DNA of 64,000 nt from Bacteroides sp. (GCA_017630035.1 JAGBWA010000062.1:39355-103354), one strand, 5' to 3'; positions 41,224-51,601 are shown, counted from the stretch's first letter. The notes: generated by a model not told the origin, from the letters alone. Numbers and translations are program-made.

Positions 41224-43025
41224 TAATCAATAATCCTCACTCCCCCTTTATCTGCCGAGCTAACGCTTTGCGCATATGCTCGTAGCGATTTGCTCACCAC
41301 GCGGTTGCGTTTCAGCGGTTGCATGGGGCGTGCCGCCAGTTCCTCGTCGGTCAGCTTCACGTTGATGGTGCGGTTAGGGATGTCAATCTCGATGATGTCA
41401 CCATCCACCAGCTTACCAATGTTTCCGCCAGCTGCAGCTTCGGGACTGATGTGTCCGATGCTCAATCCCGATGTGCCGCCCGAGAAGCGTCCGTCGGTAA
41501 TCAGCGCACACTCCTTGCCCATGTGCATACTCTTTATATAAGAGGTAGGATACAACATCTCTTGCATGCCAGGGCCGCCTTTCGGACCTTCGTGCGTAAT
41601 CACCACCACGTCGCCCTTTTGCACCTTTCCACCCAAGATACCTTCGCACGCATCCTCTTGCGAGTCGAACACCTTGGCTGGGCCCGAAAACTTCCAAATG
41701 CTTTCGTCCACGCCCGCTGTCTTCACCACGCAACCATCTTGCGCAATGTTTCCAAAGAGCACCGCCAATCCACCATCCTTGGTGTAGGCATGCTCCAACG
41801 AGCGGATGCAGCCGTTGGCGCGGTCGGTGTCGAGGGTTGGCCATGTGCAGCTTTGCGCGCCCAGCTTGTTGCAGAAAACATCGGCCGGTGCAGTGCCATA
41901 GATGCGAGCCGCCTCCTCGTCTATAGTATCCTTAGTAATGTCATATTTCGCAATATCCTCGCCCAGCGTAGCGCCATCTACACGCTTGCAATCCAAGTGA
42001 AGCAAGTCGCCCTTAGCCAGTTCGGCCAGGATGCCCAAGATGCCCCCTGCGCGTCCACAATCCTCTACGCTATACTTCACCGTGTTGGGTGCCAACTTGC
42101 ACAAGCAAGGCACTTTGCGGCTCAAGGCGTTGATATCGTTCATCGTAAACTCAGCCTCCGCCTCTTGTGCCACCGCCAGCAAGTGCAGGATAGTGTTGGT
42201 GCTTCCGCCCATGGCAATGTCCAGCGTCATGGCGTTAAGGAAAGCCTCGCGGGTAGCAATGCTACGCGGCAACACACTCTCGTCGCCCTCTTCGTAGTAG
42301 GCAAAGGCATTCTTCACAATCTGTCGTGCCGCCTGCTTCATCAGCTCTACGCGGTTGGTGTGCGTAGCCAGAATGGTACCGTTACCCGGTAGCGACAAGC
42401 CAATAGCCTCGGTGAGCGAGTTCATCGAGTTGGCGGTGAACATACCCGAGCAACATCCGCAACCCGGACACGCACGATTCTCTATCTCGGCCAACTCCTC
42501 ATCACTTACGCTTGCATCGGCACCCTTCACCATGGCAGCAATCAAGTCCAGCTTTTCGCCACGCCACTTGCCCGCCTCCATCGGTCCACCCGACACAAAC
42601 ACGGCAGGAATGTTCAATCGCATGGCGGCCATCATCATGCCCGGTGTAATCTTGTCGCAATTGCTGATGCAAATCATCGCATCCGCCTTGTGTGCATTTA
42701 CCATATACTCCACCGAGTCGGCAATAATATCGCGGCTGGGCAATGAGTATAGCATGCCGTCGTGACCCATAGCAATACCATCGTCAATGGCAATCGTATT
42801 GAACTCCGCCGCATAGCACCCCATCTTTTCAATCTCGGCCTTCACAATCTGTCCAGCCTCGTGTAGGTGGGTATGCCCCGGTACGAATTGCGTAAACGAG
42901 TTCACAATGGCAATAATCGGCTTGCCAAACTGCTCGCGTTTCATGCCATTGGCCACCCAAAGGGCACGCGCTCCGGCCATTCGTCGGCCTTCGGTACACA
43001 CTGCACTGCGTAATCGATGTTTCAT
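41223..43025 (-). CDS. ilvD: Dihydroxy-acid dehydratase
   Basis: [31 protein letters not shown] and TDGRFSG motifs. Confidence 0.98.
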   Translation of the reverse strand: MKHRLRSAVCTEGRRMAGARALWVANGMKREQFGKPIIAIVNSFTQFVPGHTHLHEAGQIVKAEIEKMGCYAAEFNTIAIDDGIAMGHDGMLYSLPSRDIIADSVEYMVNAHKADAMICISNCDKITPGMMMAAMRLNIPAVFVSGGPMEAGKWRGEKLDLIAAMVKGADASVSDEELAEIENRACPGCGCCSGMFTANSMNSLTEAIGLSLPGNGTILATHTNRVELMKQAARQIVKNAFAYYEEGDESVLPRSIATREAFLNAMTLDIAMGGSTNTILHLLAVAQEAEAEFTMNDINALSRKVPCLCKLAPNTVKYSVEDCGRAGGILGILAELAKGDLLHLDCKRVDGATLGEDIAKYDITKDTIDEEAARIYGTAPADVFCNKLGAQSCTWPTLDTDRANGCIRSLEHAYTKDGGLAVLFGNIAQDGCVVKTAGVDESIWKFSGPAKVFDSQEDACEGILGGKVQKGDVVVITHEGPKGGPGMQEMLYPTSYIKSMHMGKECALITDGRFSGGTSGLSIGHISPEAAAGGNIGKLVDGDIIEIDIPNRTINVKLTDEELAARPMQPLKRNRVVSKSLRAYAQSVSSADKGGVRIID

Positions 43026-43040
43026 ATTCTTCTCTTTATT

Positions 43041-43074
43041 AAAAAAGGCTTCCTCAACATATTGAGAAAGGCCT
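43041..43074 (-). terminator. Attenuator terminator upstream of ilvD
   Basis: Minus strand AGGCcTTTCTCAA-tatg-TTGAGGAAGCCT-TTTTT, ending 15 nt before the ilvD ATG. Confidence 0.85.
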
Positions 43075-43118
43075 ATATACCATTTACAATTGCGCTACAC
43101 AACACATATACACCTTTC

Positions 43119-43193
43119 TCACACCCCGGGCACCACGACCACGACGCGACCAATGTGTAAGACTGATAGGTTAATATTAACGTGTAGCATCAT
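43119..43193 (-). CDS. ilv operon leader peptide MMLHVNINLSVLHIGRVVVVVPGV
   Basis: 24 codons, 13 of them Val/Leu/Ile including five consecutive Val. It lies between the promoter and the terminator. Confidence 0.85.
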   Translation of the reverse strand: MMLHVNINLSVLHIGRVVVVVPGV

Positions 43194-43218
43194 TTTAGCT
43201 CTTTATTATAAACAGCTG

Positions 43219-43249
43219 CAAAGGTAAGTCATTTTTTAATATTAGCAAA
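43219..43249 (-). promoter_or_regulatory. Promoter of the ilv leader and operon
   Basis: Minus strand TTTG-N19-TACCTTTG. Confidence 0.7.
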
Positions 43250-43397
43250 CAATTTGATGAAAAAATCACGAATAAACTTAAAAAAAGCGATAAAATCAAG
43301 GTCGAATAGTGTTAATTTATCACATACGCACCAAATTCAAAAAATATTCGTACCTTTGCGCCAAATCAAAAAAACATAAATTATAAATCATAAATCA

Positions 43398-43976
43398 ATG
43401 GAACATAAGTACATCACCGTAGCCTACAAGCTATACACCATCGAAGAGGGCGAACGCGACTTTGCCGAAGAAGCACCTGTCAATCACCCCTTCCAATTCA
43501 TTTCAGGTTTAGGTCTCACCCTCGATTCGTTCGAAGAGCAAGTGCGCGATTTGAACAAAGGCGATAAGTTCGACTTCACCATTCCTTGTGCCGAAGCCTA
43601 TGGCGAATACGACGACGAGCACGTGTTCGACCTCCCCAAGCACATCTTCGAGATAGATGGCAAGTTCGATACCGAGCACGTAGTGCCAGGTGCCGTCATT
43701 CCGTTGATGACCGCCGAAGGTCAACGCGTAAACGGTAGCGTAGTAGAAGTAAAAGCCGATGCAGTAGTAATGGACATGAACCACCCTATGGCAGGTTGCG
43801 ACCTCAACTTCGTGGGCGAAATCGTAGAGAGCCGTCCGGCTACCAACGAAGAGCTTGCCGAAATGGCACGCTACATGAGCGGTGGTGGATGCAGCTGCGG
43901 ATGCGATAGCTGCGGTGGCGGTTGTGGCGACCACGAACACGGATGTGGCGGTGGTTGCTGTGGCGATTGCGAATAA
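43398..43976 (+). CDS. slyD: FKBP-type peptidyl-prolyl isomerase SlyD
   Basis: EAYGEYD and DMNHPMAG..L.F motifs, with a Cys/Gly/His-rich tail. Confidence 0.92.
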   Translation: MEHKYITVAYKLYTIEEGERDFAEEAPVNHPFQFISGLGLTLDSFEEQVRDLNKGDKFDFTIPCAEAYGEYDDEHVFDLPKHIFEIDGKFDTEHVVPGAVIPLMTAEGQRVNGSVVEVKADAVVMDMNHPMAGCDLNFVGEIVESRPATNEELAEMARYMSGGGCSCGCDSCGGGCGDHEHGCGGGCCGDCE

Positions 43977-43993
43977 TGGCACTACACACACAT

Positions 43994-44037
43994 AAGAAAA
44001 AGGGTTATGTTCCGACGACATAACCCTTTCTTTGTTT
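43994..44037 (+). terminator. Terminator after slyD
   Basis: aaagggttatgt...acataacccttt followed by ctttgttt. Confidence 0.8.
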
Positions 44038-44104
44038 ATGCATATTGTATTAAAGAATTACCATTTTCACTCCATTTCTTATAAAAAGCTGCACTGAACA
44101 ATTA

Positions 44105-44170
44105 TTTTTTCCTCGTGAGAGAAAAAATTTTTCCTCGTGAAGGCTATATATTTCTCTCACGAGGAAAATT
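44105..44170. repeat. 3 x 22-bp palindromic repeat
   Basis: ttttttcctcgtgagagaaaaa / atttttcctcgtgaaggctata / tatttctctcacgaggaaaatt. Positions 44107-44124 and 44151-44168 are exact reverse complements. Confidence 0.8.
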
Positions 44171-44233
44171 TCATAGAGGTATTTCACGAACAACAAATTA
44201 AATGTTCAAAAAAATAACCACAAAAGGGATGCA

Positions 44234-45514
44234 TTACTTGGATGTCATGATATCCAGCACAAGGTTGTCGGTTTCGTTCATGCCGCACGAGCCGATCTTG
44301 GTGAGGTTGCGAATGCTTTGATCTACATCGGCATCGATGATGCCCTCGACCGAAGTGACGCAACGGCCGTTCATAGCCATAACGGCGGAGAGGACGGCGG
44401 TGGATACACCGGTGGTGACCTTCAACGCGCAGCTGGGCTTGGCACCATCGCAAATCATGCCGGTGAGGTTGGCTATCATGTTTTGTACGGCAAAGCTGAC
44501 TTCTTGGTATTCTCCACCCATCAGCCAGGTGATGCCGCACGACGAGCCGGTGGCGGCTACTACGCATCCGCACAAAGCAGAGAGGCGGCCAAGGCTTTCC
44601 TTGATGTAGATGACGGTGAGGTGGCTGAGCATAAGGGCACGGATGAGTTGTTCTTCGCTCTTGCCATTTTCTTCGGCATAGATGACTACGGGCATGGTGG
44701 CTGAGATGCCTTGGTTACCGCTACCGGAGTTGCTCATAACGGGGATAAGGGCACCTGCCATACGGGCATCGCACGCACCCGAGGTATAGGCCAGGATGTG
44801 CGAGAAGGTGTTGTTGCCCATGAGTTGCTGCACCTTGCCATCGCCAAACAAGCGGCCAAGGCCGTGGCCGTAATCGCCGGTAAAGGATTGCTCGGCGGCG
44901 GCTTTGTTCAGGCGGGCGGTGTCGAGGATGAAGCGTATCTCGTCCAAGGGTGCGGTGGTGGCAAAGTCGTACACCTTGCGCAGGGTGAGCTGAATGGCAT
45001 CGCGCGACTCTTCTTGTGCAGCGGGGGTGCGATTGTCCAACAACACGATTTCGTTCTGCTGCACATAGACAAACGTGGTGTGGCCGCCGGCAATGATGGC
45101 GGTGGCTTGTTGCTCGCCTGCCTGGCAGGTGACTTCGATGTATAGCTTCTCGGCGGTGTCGCTCTTCAGGGCGATGTGTATGCGCTTCTGGGCAATGTAT
45201 TGTTTGCCTTGCTCTACGGCCTCGGGGGTAATGTCTTTCAACACTTCGAGCTGATAGGCGGACTTGCCGATGAGCGAGCCGAGGGCGATGGCAATGGGGA
45301 GGCCTACCATGCCGGTGCCGGGGATGCCTACGCCCATGGCGTTTTTCAGCACGTTGGCACTAAGCTTTACGGATATGTGGGTAGGTGTCTGACCAAGGGT
45401 TTCGGTGGCGCGTGCCACACAGAGGGCTACGGCGATGGGTTCGGTGCAACCAATGGCGGGCACTACTTCGCGTTTTACAAGGGAGATGAGTGGTTCTCTT
45501 TCTTCTTTTGTCAT
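44234..45514 (-). CDS. L-cysteine desulfidase (CdsB/YhaM, serine dehydratase alpha family)
   Basis: PAIGCTEP, DARMAG, SNSGSGNQG, LSALCG and ICDGAKPSCALK motifs. Confidence 0.88.
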   Translation of the reverse strand: MTKEEREPLISLVKREVVPAIGCTEPIAVALCVARATETLGQTPTHISVKLSANVLKNAMGVGIPGTGMVGLPIAIALGSLIGKSAYQLEVLKDITPEAVEQGKQYIAQKRIHIALKSDTAEKLYIEVTCQAGEQQATAIIAGGHTTFVYVQQNEIVLLDNRTPAAQEESRDAIQLTLRKVYDFATTAPLDEIRFILDTARLNKAAAEQSFTGDYGHGLGRLFGDGKVQQLMGNNTFSHILAYTSGACDARMAGALIPVMSNSGSGNQGISATMPVVIYAEENGKSEEQLIRALMLSHLTVIYIKESLGRLSALCGCVVAATGSSCGITWLMGGEYQEVSFAVQNMIANLTGMICDGAKPSCALKVTTGVSTAVLSAVMAMNGRCVTSVEGIIDADVDQSIRNLTKIGSCGMNETDNLVLDIMTSK

Positions 45515-45586
45515 AGGAATGTAGGTTAATTGGCACAAAGATACTGCTTTTTTTTTGCTGTATAAAATAAACTATCTATATTTGTA

Positions 45587-45640
45587 TGAGTTTTGAGTTA
45601 ACTCATAACTCACAACTCATAACTCACAACTCATAACTGA
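45587..45640. repeat. ACTCAnn heptamer array in the aroC 5' UTR
   Basis: tgagttt tgagtta actcata actcaca actcata actcaca actcata actga. Confidence 0.85.
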
Positions 45641-45644
45641 TTTC

Positions 45645-46715
45645 ATGTTCAACTCATTTGGAAATATATTTCGCCTAACCACTTTCGGAGAAAGTCATGG
45701 CAAAGGCATTGGCGGCGTGATAGATGGCATGCCGGCCGGTATTGTGGTAGATGAAGCGTTTATTCAAGCGGAACTTGACAGACGACGCCCGGGACAATCG
45801 GCACTGACCACTGCCCGCAAAGAGGGCGACAAGGTGGAGTTCCTATCGGGCATCTACGAAGGGATAACTACTGGGTGCCCCATCGGCTTTATTGTGTGGA
45901 ACGAGAATCAGCACTCGGCCGACTATGACAACATGAAGGATGTGTTCCGTCCATCGCATGCCGACTATACCTACACGGCTAAGTATGGTGTGCGCGACCA
46001 TCGTGGCGGCGGACGCTCGTCGGCACGCGAAACCATCAGCCGCGTGGTGGGCGGTGCGCTGGCGAAACTGGCGTTGAAGCAACGAGGCATTGAGGTGACG
46101 GCCTATACCTCGCAAGTGGGCACTATCTGCTTGGAGAGTGATTATACGGCATACGATTTAAGCCTCATCGAGAGCAACCCTGTGCGTTGTCCGGATACCC
46201 AGAAGGCGGAGGAGATGGCGGCACGCATAGCCGAGGTAAAGGCGGCTGGCGACACGATAGGTGGCGTGGTGAGCTGTGTCATCAAAGGGTGTCCCGTAGG
46301 ATTGGGCAATCCTTGCTTTGGCAAGTTACATGCAGCCTTGGGAGGCGCTATGCTTAGCATCAATGCGGCTAAGGGATTTGAATATGGTCAAGGTTTTGGC
46401 GGCATGGAGCTTACCGGCTCGCAACAAAACGATATTTTCTATAATAACAATGGTAAGATTGCACTACGTACCAATCGCTCGGGTGGCATACAGGGGGGCA
46501 TCAGCAACGGGGAGGATATTTACTTCCGCGTGGCGTTTAAGCCGGTGGCTACCGTGCTGATGGAGCAACCTACCGTGGACAAGGATGGCAACGAAACCGT
46601 GTTGAAAGCGAAAGGTCGTCACGACCCTTGTGTTTTGCCGCGCGCAGTGCCCATTGTGGAGGCTATGGCGGCTATGACGATTTTGGATTACTGTTTGTTA
46701 GCTACTAGCGATTAA
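45645..46715 (+). CDS. aroC: Chorismate synthase
   Basis: [32 protein letters not shown] and RHDPC motifs. Confidence 0.98.
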   Translation: MFNSFGNIFRLTTFGESHGKGIGGVIDGMPAGIVVDEAFIQAELDRRRPGQSALTTARKEGDKVEFLSGIYEGITTGCPIGFIVWNENQHSADYDNMKDVFRPSHADYTYTAKYGVRDHRGGGRSSARETISRVVGGALAKLALKQRGIEVTAYTSQVGTICLESDYTAYDLSLIESNPVRCPDTQKAEEMAARIAEVKAAGDTIGGVVSCVIKGCPVGLGNPCFGKLHAALGGAMLSINAAKGFEYGQGFGGMELTGSQQNDIFYNNNGKIALRTNRSGGIQGGISNGEDIYFRVAFKPVATVLMEQPTVDKDGNETVLKAKGRHDPCVLPRAVPIVEAMAAMTILDYCLLATSD

Positions 46716-46741
46716 GAACTCAGAACTCACAACTCAGAACT
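46716..46741. repeat. ACTCAnn heptamer array filling the aroC-dipeptidase spacer
   Basis: gaactcaga actcaca actcaga act. Confidence 0.8.
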
Positions 46742-48091
46742 ATGAAAGATTATATAGCAAAGAACGAAACAAGGATATTGGACGAGCTTTTCAGCCTCAT
46801 CCGCATACCAAGTATTAGTGCGAAACCTGAACATAAAGCGGACATGTTGGCGTGTGCCCAACGCTGGACAGAGTTATTAATGGATGCCGGTGCCGACAAG
46901 GCGGTAATCATGCCGTCGGCCGGTAACCCCATTGTGTATGGCGAAAAGATGGTGAACCCCGATGCAAAAACGGTGCTTATCTACTCGCACTACGACGTAA
47001 TGCCCGCCGAGCCGCTTGAGTTGTGGAAGAGCAACCCTTTTGAGCCGGAAGTGCGCGACGGACGCATCTATGCACGCGGTGCCGACGACGATAAAGGGCA
47101 GGCGTTTATACAGGTAAAGGCGTTCGAATACTTGGTGAAGAACAACTTGCTGACGCACAATGTGAAGTTTATCTTTGAAGGTGAAGAGGAGATTGGCTCG
47201 CCCAGCTTGGAGGGCTTTTGCCAAGCAAACAAGGAGTTGCTGAAGGCGGACGTTATCTTAGTGTCGGATACCAGTATGCTTGGCGCCGACCTACCCTCGC
47301 TCACTACCGGCTTGCGCGGATTGGCTTATTGGGAGATTGAGGTGACAGGGCCAAATCGTGACCTTCACTCGGGCCACTTTGGCGGTGCCGTGGCCAACCC
47401 CATCAACGTGCTTTGCCAAATGCTGAGCCAAGTGGTGGATGCCAACGGACGCATCACCGTGCCGGGCTTCTACGACGACGTGGAGGAGGTGCCTCAAGCC
47501 GAGCGCGAAATGATTGCAAGCATACCATTCGACGAAGCGAAGTACAAGCAAGCCATCGGTGTAAATGCGCTATTTGGCGAGAAGGGCTATAGCACTCTTG
47601 AACGAAATAGTTGCCGCCCATCGTTCGATGTTTGTGGCATTTGGGGTGGATACACAGGCGAAGGCTCGAAGACGGTGTTGCCATCGAAGGCGTTTGCCAA
47701 GGTGTCGTGCCGCTTGGTGGCCCACCAAGATCATCATAAGATTTCGCAATTGTTTGCCGACTACATACAAAACATTACACCCGACACCGTGCAGGTGAAG
47801 GTGACGCCTATGCATGGCGGACAGGGATATGTTTGTCCCATCTCGCTACCTGCCTACAAAGCTGCCGAAAAGGGGTTTGAAAAGGCGTTTGGCAAGAAGC
47901 CATTGGCCGTGCGTCGTGGCGGAAGCATACCTATCATTGCTACGTTCGAAGAGGTACTGGGCATTAAAACGGTGCTCATGGGCTTTGGCCTTGAAAGCAA
48001 TGCCATCCACTCGCCCAACGAGAATATGCCACTCGACATTATCCGCAAGGGCATCGAGGCTGTGGTGGAATTTCATTTGAATTATGAGTGA
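46742..48091 (+). CDS. M20 family dipeptidase
   Basis: HYDVMP, RGADDDKG, EGEEEIGS and HSPNE motifs. Confidence 0.92.
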   Translation: MKDYIAKNETRILDELFSLIRIPSISAKPEHKADMLACAQRWTELLMDAGADKAVIMPSAGNPIVYGEKMVNPDAKTVLIYSHYDVMPAEPLELWKSNPFEPEVRDGRIYARGADDDKGQAFIQVKAFEYLVKNNLLTHNVKFIFEGEEEIGSPSLEGFCQANKELLKADVILVSDTSMLGADLPSLTTGLRGLAYWEIEVTGPNRDLHSGHFGGAVANPINVLCQMLSQVVDANGRITVPGFYDDVEEVPQAEREMIASIPFDEAKYKQAIGVNALFGEKGYSTLERNSCRPSFDVCGIWGGYTGEGSKTVLPSKAFAKVSCRLVAHQDHHKISQLFADYIQNITPDTVQVKVTPMHGGQGYVCPISLPAYKAAEKGFEKAFGKKPLAVRRGGSIPIIATFEEVLGIKTVLMGFGLESNAIHSPNENMPLDIIRKGIEAVVEFHLNYE

Positions 48092-48133
48092 TGAGTTAAC
48101 TCAGCACTCAGAACTCACAACTCAGCACTCACC
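48085..48133. repeat. ACTCAnn heptamer array between convergent genes
   Basis: tgagtga tgagtta actcagc actcaga actcaca actcagc actcacc. It contains both stop codons. Confidence 0.85.
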
Positions 48134-50279
48134 CAAAGTTCTTCCTAAACGTACATCCATTGCGCCACTCCGAGCAGCCATAGGCGGTATTACCTTTAAT
48201 AATGGTGCCCTTGCCACATAGCGGACAAGGGGTGCCAACGAGGTTGTCGGAGGCGGTGGCGACGGGTTGCGGTTTCTCGGCCGCCTTGCGTGGGGCACGC
48301 TTCTTGGGCTTATCTGCCGATGGTGTGCTTTTTGCTGTCTTCTTCTCTTTTTTCTCCTCGACAGCCTCTTGGATAGTGATGTGGCGATTGCTATAATCGG
48401 TTTTCACTGTTTGCACAATCTCGGCCACCATCTGCTTCATCTCTTCCAAGAATTGCGCAGCACTATAGGTTTTTTGCTCAATTTGGCGTAGTTTCTTTTC
48501 CCAAAGGCCGGTTAGCTCGGCCGATTTCAACAACTCTTCGTGGATGATGCCTATCAGCTCGACACCCGTGGGGGTAGCTACCAAGTTTTTACGCTCGCGG
48601 CGGATGTAGTTACGCTTGAACAGTGTTTCGATGATAGCCGCACGGGTAGATGGGCGGCCAATGCCGTTTTGCTTTAATGCCTCGCGCAGCTCGTCGTTAT
48701 CCACCAACTTACCTGCCGTTTCCATAGCACGTAGCAGGGTGGCTTCGGTATAGGGTTTGGGTGGTTGTGTCCAACGCTCAATCAACTCGGGAGTATGTGG
48801 GCCACTTTCTCCCTTGACAAACGCGGGGAATTGGCGGATTTCCATCTCTTCGTCTTTCTCCTCTTGGGTAGTATTGCTAAACACGGCACGCCATCCAGGC
48901 TCTTGTATCTGCTTGGTAGAGGTTTTAAAGGGTATCTCATCCACCACTCCTTGCACAGAGGTGGTCACCACCTTACAATCGGGATAGAAGGCAGCAATGA
49001 AGCGACGAGCAATCATGTCGAACACGCGCTTCTCCATATCGGTCAGGTTGGTAGGTGCTTGACCGGTGGGGATGATGGCGTGGTGGTCGGTCACCTTTGA
49101 ATTATCGAACACGCGCTTCGATTTGGGCAATTTGATACCATCGAGCGGTGCGGTATAGGTTTCGTAGCCACGCAATCCTTTCAAAATGCCAGGGCATTTA
49201 GGGTAAATGTCGTCGCTTAAGTAGGTGGTATCTACACGCGGATAGGTGGCTATCTTCTTTTCGTATAGTGATTGGATGATACGCAATGTATCCTCGGCCG
49301 AGTAGCCAAACTTCTTGTTACACTCCACTTGCAACGAGGTAAGGTCGAACAGGTGGGGGGCATACTCTTTGCCGGGTTTCTTCGACACGTCGGTGACGAT
49401 GAAGGGCAACGGGCGAATGCTTTCGAGCAATGCCTCTCCTTTTATGCTATCGGGGATGGGGTCGATGCCTGGGTTATCGGCCTCGAGTTGCTTCATTGCC
49501 TCAGCGGCATCGAATGTATTGCCAGTTTTCTCGGCTTTCTCTTTCAGTTTCTCTACCTCCAACGCCAGCTCTTCGTCGCTTTTGCGTATCACTGCCGAGA
49601 AGGTGACATCGCGATAGGTGGTTTTCAACTCCCAATATTGCTTGGGCACAAAGTTTTCTATCTCTTGTTGGCGGTTTACGATGAGCGCCAACGTAGGTGT
49701 TTGCACACGCCCGATGGAGAGTACTTGCTTGTTTTGACCATACTTCATGGTGTATAGGCGGGTGGCATTCATGCCTAATAGCCAATCGCCAATGGCACGC
49801 GAAAGGCCTGCCTCGTATAGTGATTGATATTCACCGGCATCGTGCAGCTGACGGAAGCCCTCGCGGATAGAATCTTCGGTCAACGACGATATCCACAGAC
49901 GCTTTACCGGACAATGGGCACCGGCTTTTTGCATTACCCAACGCTGAATCAATTCACCTTCTTGGCCGGCATCACCGCAATTCACAATCATATCGGCTTG
50001 TTGCATCAGTCCTTCGATGATGCGAAATTGCTTTTCGTAGTAGGGGTTACTGATAAGCTTGATGCCAAAACGTGGTGGCATCATGGGCAGATAATCCATA
50101 CGCCACGACTTCCAATCGGGGGTATAATCGTGAGGTTCTTTCAAAGTACAAAGGTGGCCATACGTCCACGTCACTTGATACCCATTTCCCTCGATATATC
50201 CCTCTTTCTTCGTCTTAGCCCCTAAAACATCGGCTATTTCGCGAGCCACAGCAGGTTTTTCGACAATGCAAACAATCAT
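48129..50279 (-). CDS. topB: DNA topoisomerase III
   Basis: TOPRIM EKP and DAGQEGE, GRVQTPTL, catalytic TYPRVD, GRPSTRA and a C-terminal Zn ribbon. Confidence 0.94.
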   Translation of the reverse strand: MIVCIVEKPAVAREIADVLGAKTKKEGYIEGNGYQVTWTYGHLCTLKEPHDYTPDWKSWRMDYLPMMPPRFGIKLISNPYYEKQFRIIEGLMQQADMIVNCGDAGQEGELIQRWVMQKAGAHCPVKRLWISSLTEDSIREGFRQLHDAGEYQSLYEAGLSRAIGDWLLGMNATRLYTMKYGQNKQVLSIGRVQTPTLALIVNRQQEIENFVPKQYWELKTTYRDVTFSAVIRKSDEELALEVEKLKEKAEKTGNTFDAAEAMKQLEADNPGIDPIPDSIKGEALLESIRPLPFIVTDVSKKPGKEYAPHLFDLTSLQVECNKKFGYSAEDTLRIIQSLYEKKIATYPRVDTTYLSDDIYPKCPGILKGLRGYETYTAPLDGIKLPKSKRVFDNSKVTDHHAIIPTGQAPTNLTDMEKRVFDMIARRFIAAFYPDCKVVTTSVQGVVDEIPFKTSTKQIQEPGWRAVFSNTTQEEKDEEMEIRQFPAFVKGESGPHTPELIERWTQPPKPYTEATLLRAMETAGKLVDNDELREALKQNGIGRPSTRAAIIETLFKRNYIRRERKNLVATPTGVELIGIIHEELLKSAELTGLWEKKLRQIEQKTYSAAQFLEEMKQMVAEIVQTVKTDYSNRHITIQEAVEEKKEKKTAKSTPSADKPKKRAPRKAAEKPQPVATASDNLVGTPCPLCGKGTIIKGNTAYGCSEWRNGCTFRKNFG

Positions 50280-50359
50280 AAATTATTCTTTTAGCATGCA
50301 AAGGTACAAAATTGCAATTATATTCACTACTTTTGCCACGAATTTGTCAACTCATCGTT

Positions 50360-51586
50360 ATGAAACAAGACCCACGTCATATACGCATTAGCGACTATAA
50401 CTATCCGTTACCCGACGAGCGCATAGCCAAATTTCCGCTTGCCGAACGCGACCAATCGAAATTGTTAGTATATAAAAAAGGTGTAGTAGTACAAGATTGC
50501 TTCACCTCGCTACCTTCGTTGCTACCCAAAGGGCCGCTGATGGTGTTCAACAACACCAAGGTGATTCAAGCACGCCTGCACTTCCGCAAAGAGACAGGCG
50601 CACTTATCGAAGTATTTTGCTTGGAGCCTATCTTGCCCAACGACTATGCACTGAACTTCCAACAAACGGAGCATAGCGCGTGGCTATGCATGGTGGGCAA
50701 CTTGAAGAAGTGGAAAGGGGAAGCACTGAAGCGCGAAATGGTGGTGAAGGGCGAAACCATTACACTAACCGCCGAACGAGGCGAGTGTCGCGGCACAAGT
50801 CATTGGATAGATTTTCGTTGGGATAACCCCAGCATCACCTTTGCCGACATCCTTGAGGTGTTTGGCGAGCTACCTATCCCACCCTACTTGAATCGCGAGA
50901 CACAAGAGAGCGACAAGCAGACGTACCAAACCGTCTATTCAAAGATTAAAGGTTCGGTGGCTGCACCAACCGCAGGCTTACACTTCACACCACGCGTATT
51001 GGATGCCTTGCAAGAGGTTGGCATTGAGAAGGATGAGGTGACATTGCACGTGGGTGCTGGCACCTTCAAGCCGGTAAAAAGCGAAGAGATTGAGGGACAT
51101 GAGATGCACACGGAGTACATCTCGGTGAATCGCTCAACCATAGAAAAGCTGATTGCACATGGCGGTGAGGCCATTGCTGTGGGCACTACATCGGTGCGCA
51201 CATTGGAGAGCCTTTATCACATGGGGGCTGCCCTTATTCAACACGGCGAATTGACGGAAGAGCAACTGCACGTCACCCAATGGCAACCCTACCAAGAGGG
51301 TGTTGTATGGCCAAGCACCGTCGATGCCTTGCAAGCGTTGCTTAGCCACCTTGACAAACACCACTTGGAAGCACTACATAGCAGCACGCAAATCATCATT
51401 GTGCCAGGCTACGAATACCGCGTAGTGAAGGCCATCGTCACCAACTTCCACCAACCGCAAAGCACCTTATTATTATTAGTATCGGCCTTTGTGAAAGGCG
51501 ATTGGCGCACGATATACGATTATGCCCTTGCCAACGACTTCCGTTTCTTGAGCTACGGCGATTCGTCACTATTAATAAATGAATAA
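50360..51586 (+). CDS. queA: S-adenosylmethionine:tRNA ribosyltransferase-isomerase
   Basis: PIPPY, AAPTAGLHF, LHVGAGTF, TNFHQP and FLSYGD motifs. Confidence 0.96.
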   Translation: MKQDPRHIRISDYNYPLPDERIAKFPLAERDQSKLLVYKKGVVVQDCFTSLPSLLPKGPLMVFNNTKVIQARLHFRKETGALIEVFCLEPILPNDYALNFQQTEHSAWLCMVGNLKKWKGEALKREMVVKGETITLTAERGECRGTSHWIDFRWDNPSITFADILEVFGELPIPPYLNRETQESDKQTYQTVYSKIKGSVAAPTAGLHFTPRVLDALQEVGIEKDEVTLHVGAGTFKPVKSEEIEGHEMHTEYISVNRSTIEKLIAHGGEAIAVGTTSVRTLESLYHMGAALIQHGELTEEQLHVTQWQPYQEGVVWPSTVDALQALLSHLDKHHLEALHSSTQIIIVPGYEYRVVKAIVTNFHQPQSTLLLLVSAFVKGDWRTIYDYALANDFRFLSYGDSSLLINE

Positions 51587-51601
51587 CGATTATAGAATAA
51601 C

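Noticed and set aside
41319-42392. 357-aa plus-strand ORF, and similar long antisense ORFs at 11884-12765, 27262-28011, 38307-38966 and 39530-40378
   Set aside because: They lie wholly opposite well-conserved genes, have no motifs, and are expected from codon bias.
43880-43976. Cys/Gly-rich tail of the FKBP protein as a novel metallothionein or RiPP
   Set aside because: Metal-binding Cys/His tails are a known SlyD feature.
16139-44170. 22-bp repeats, heptamer arrays and His-codon repeats considered as CRISPR arrays
   Set aside because: Units are contiguous with no unique spacers, and there are no cas genes.
44234-45514. Somewhat GC-richer cysteine desulfidase gene as a horizontally acquired island
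   Set aside because: The impression is by eye only. Similar composition occurs in core genes such as cca, and there are no mobility genes.
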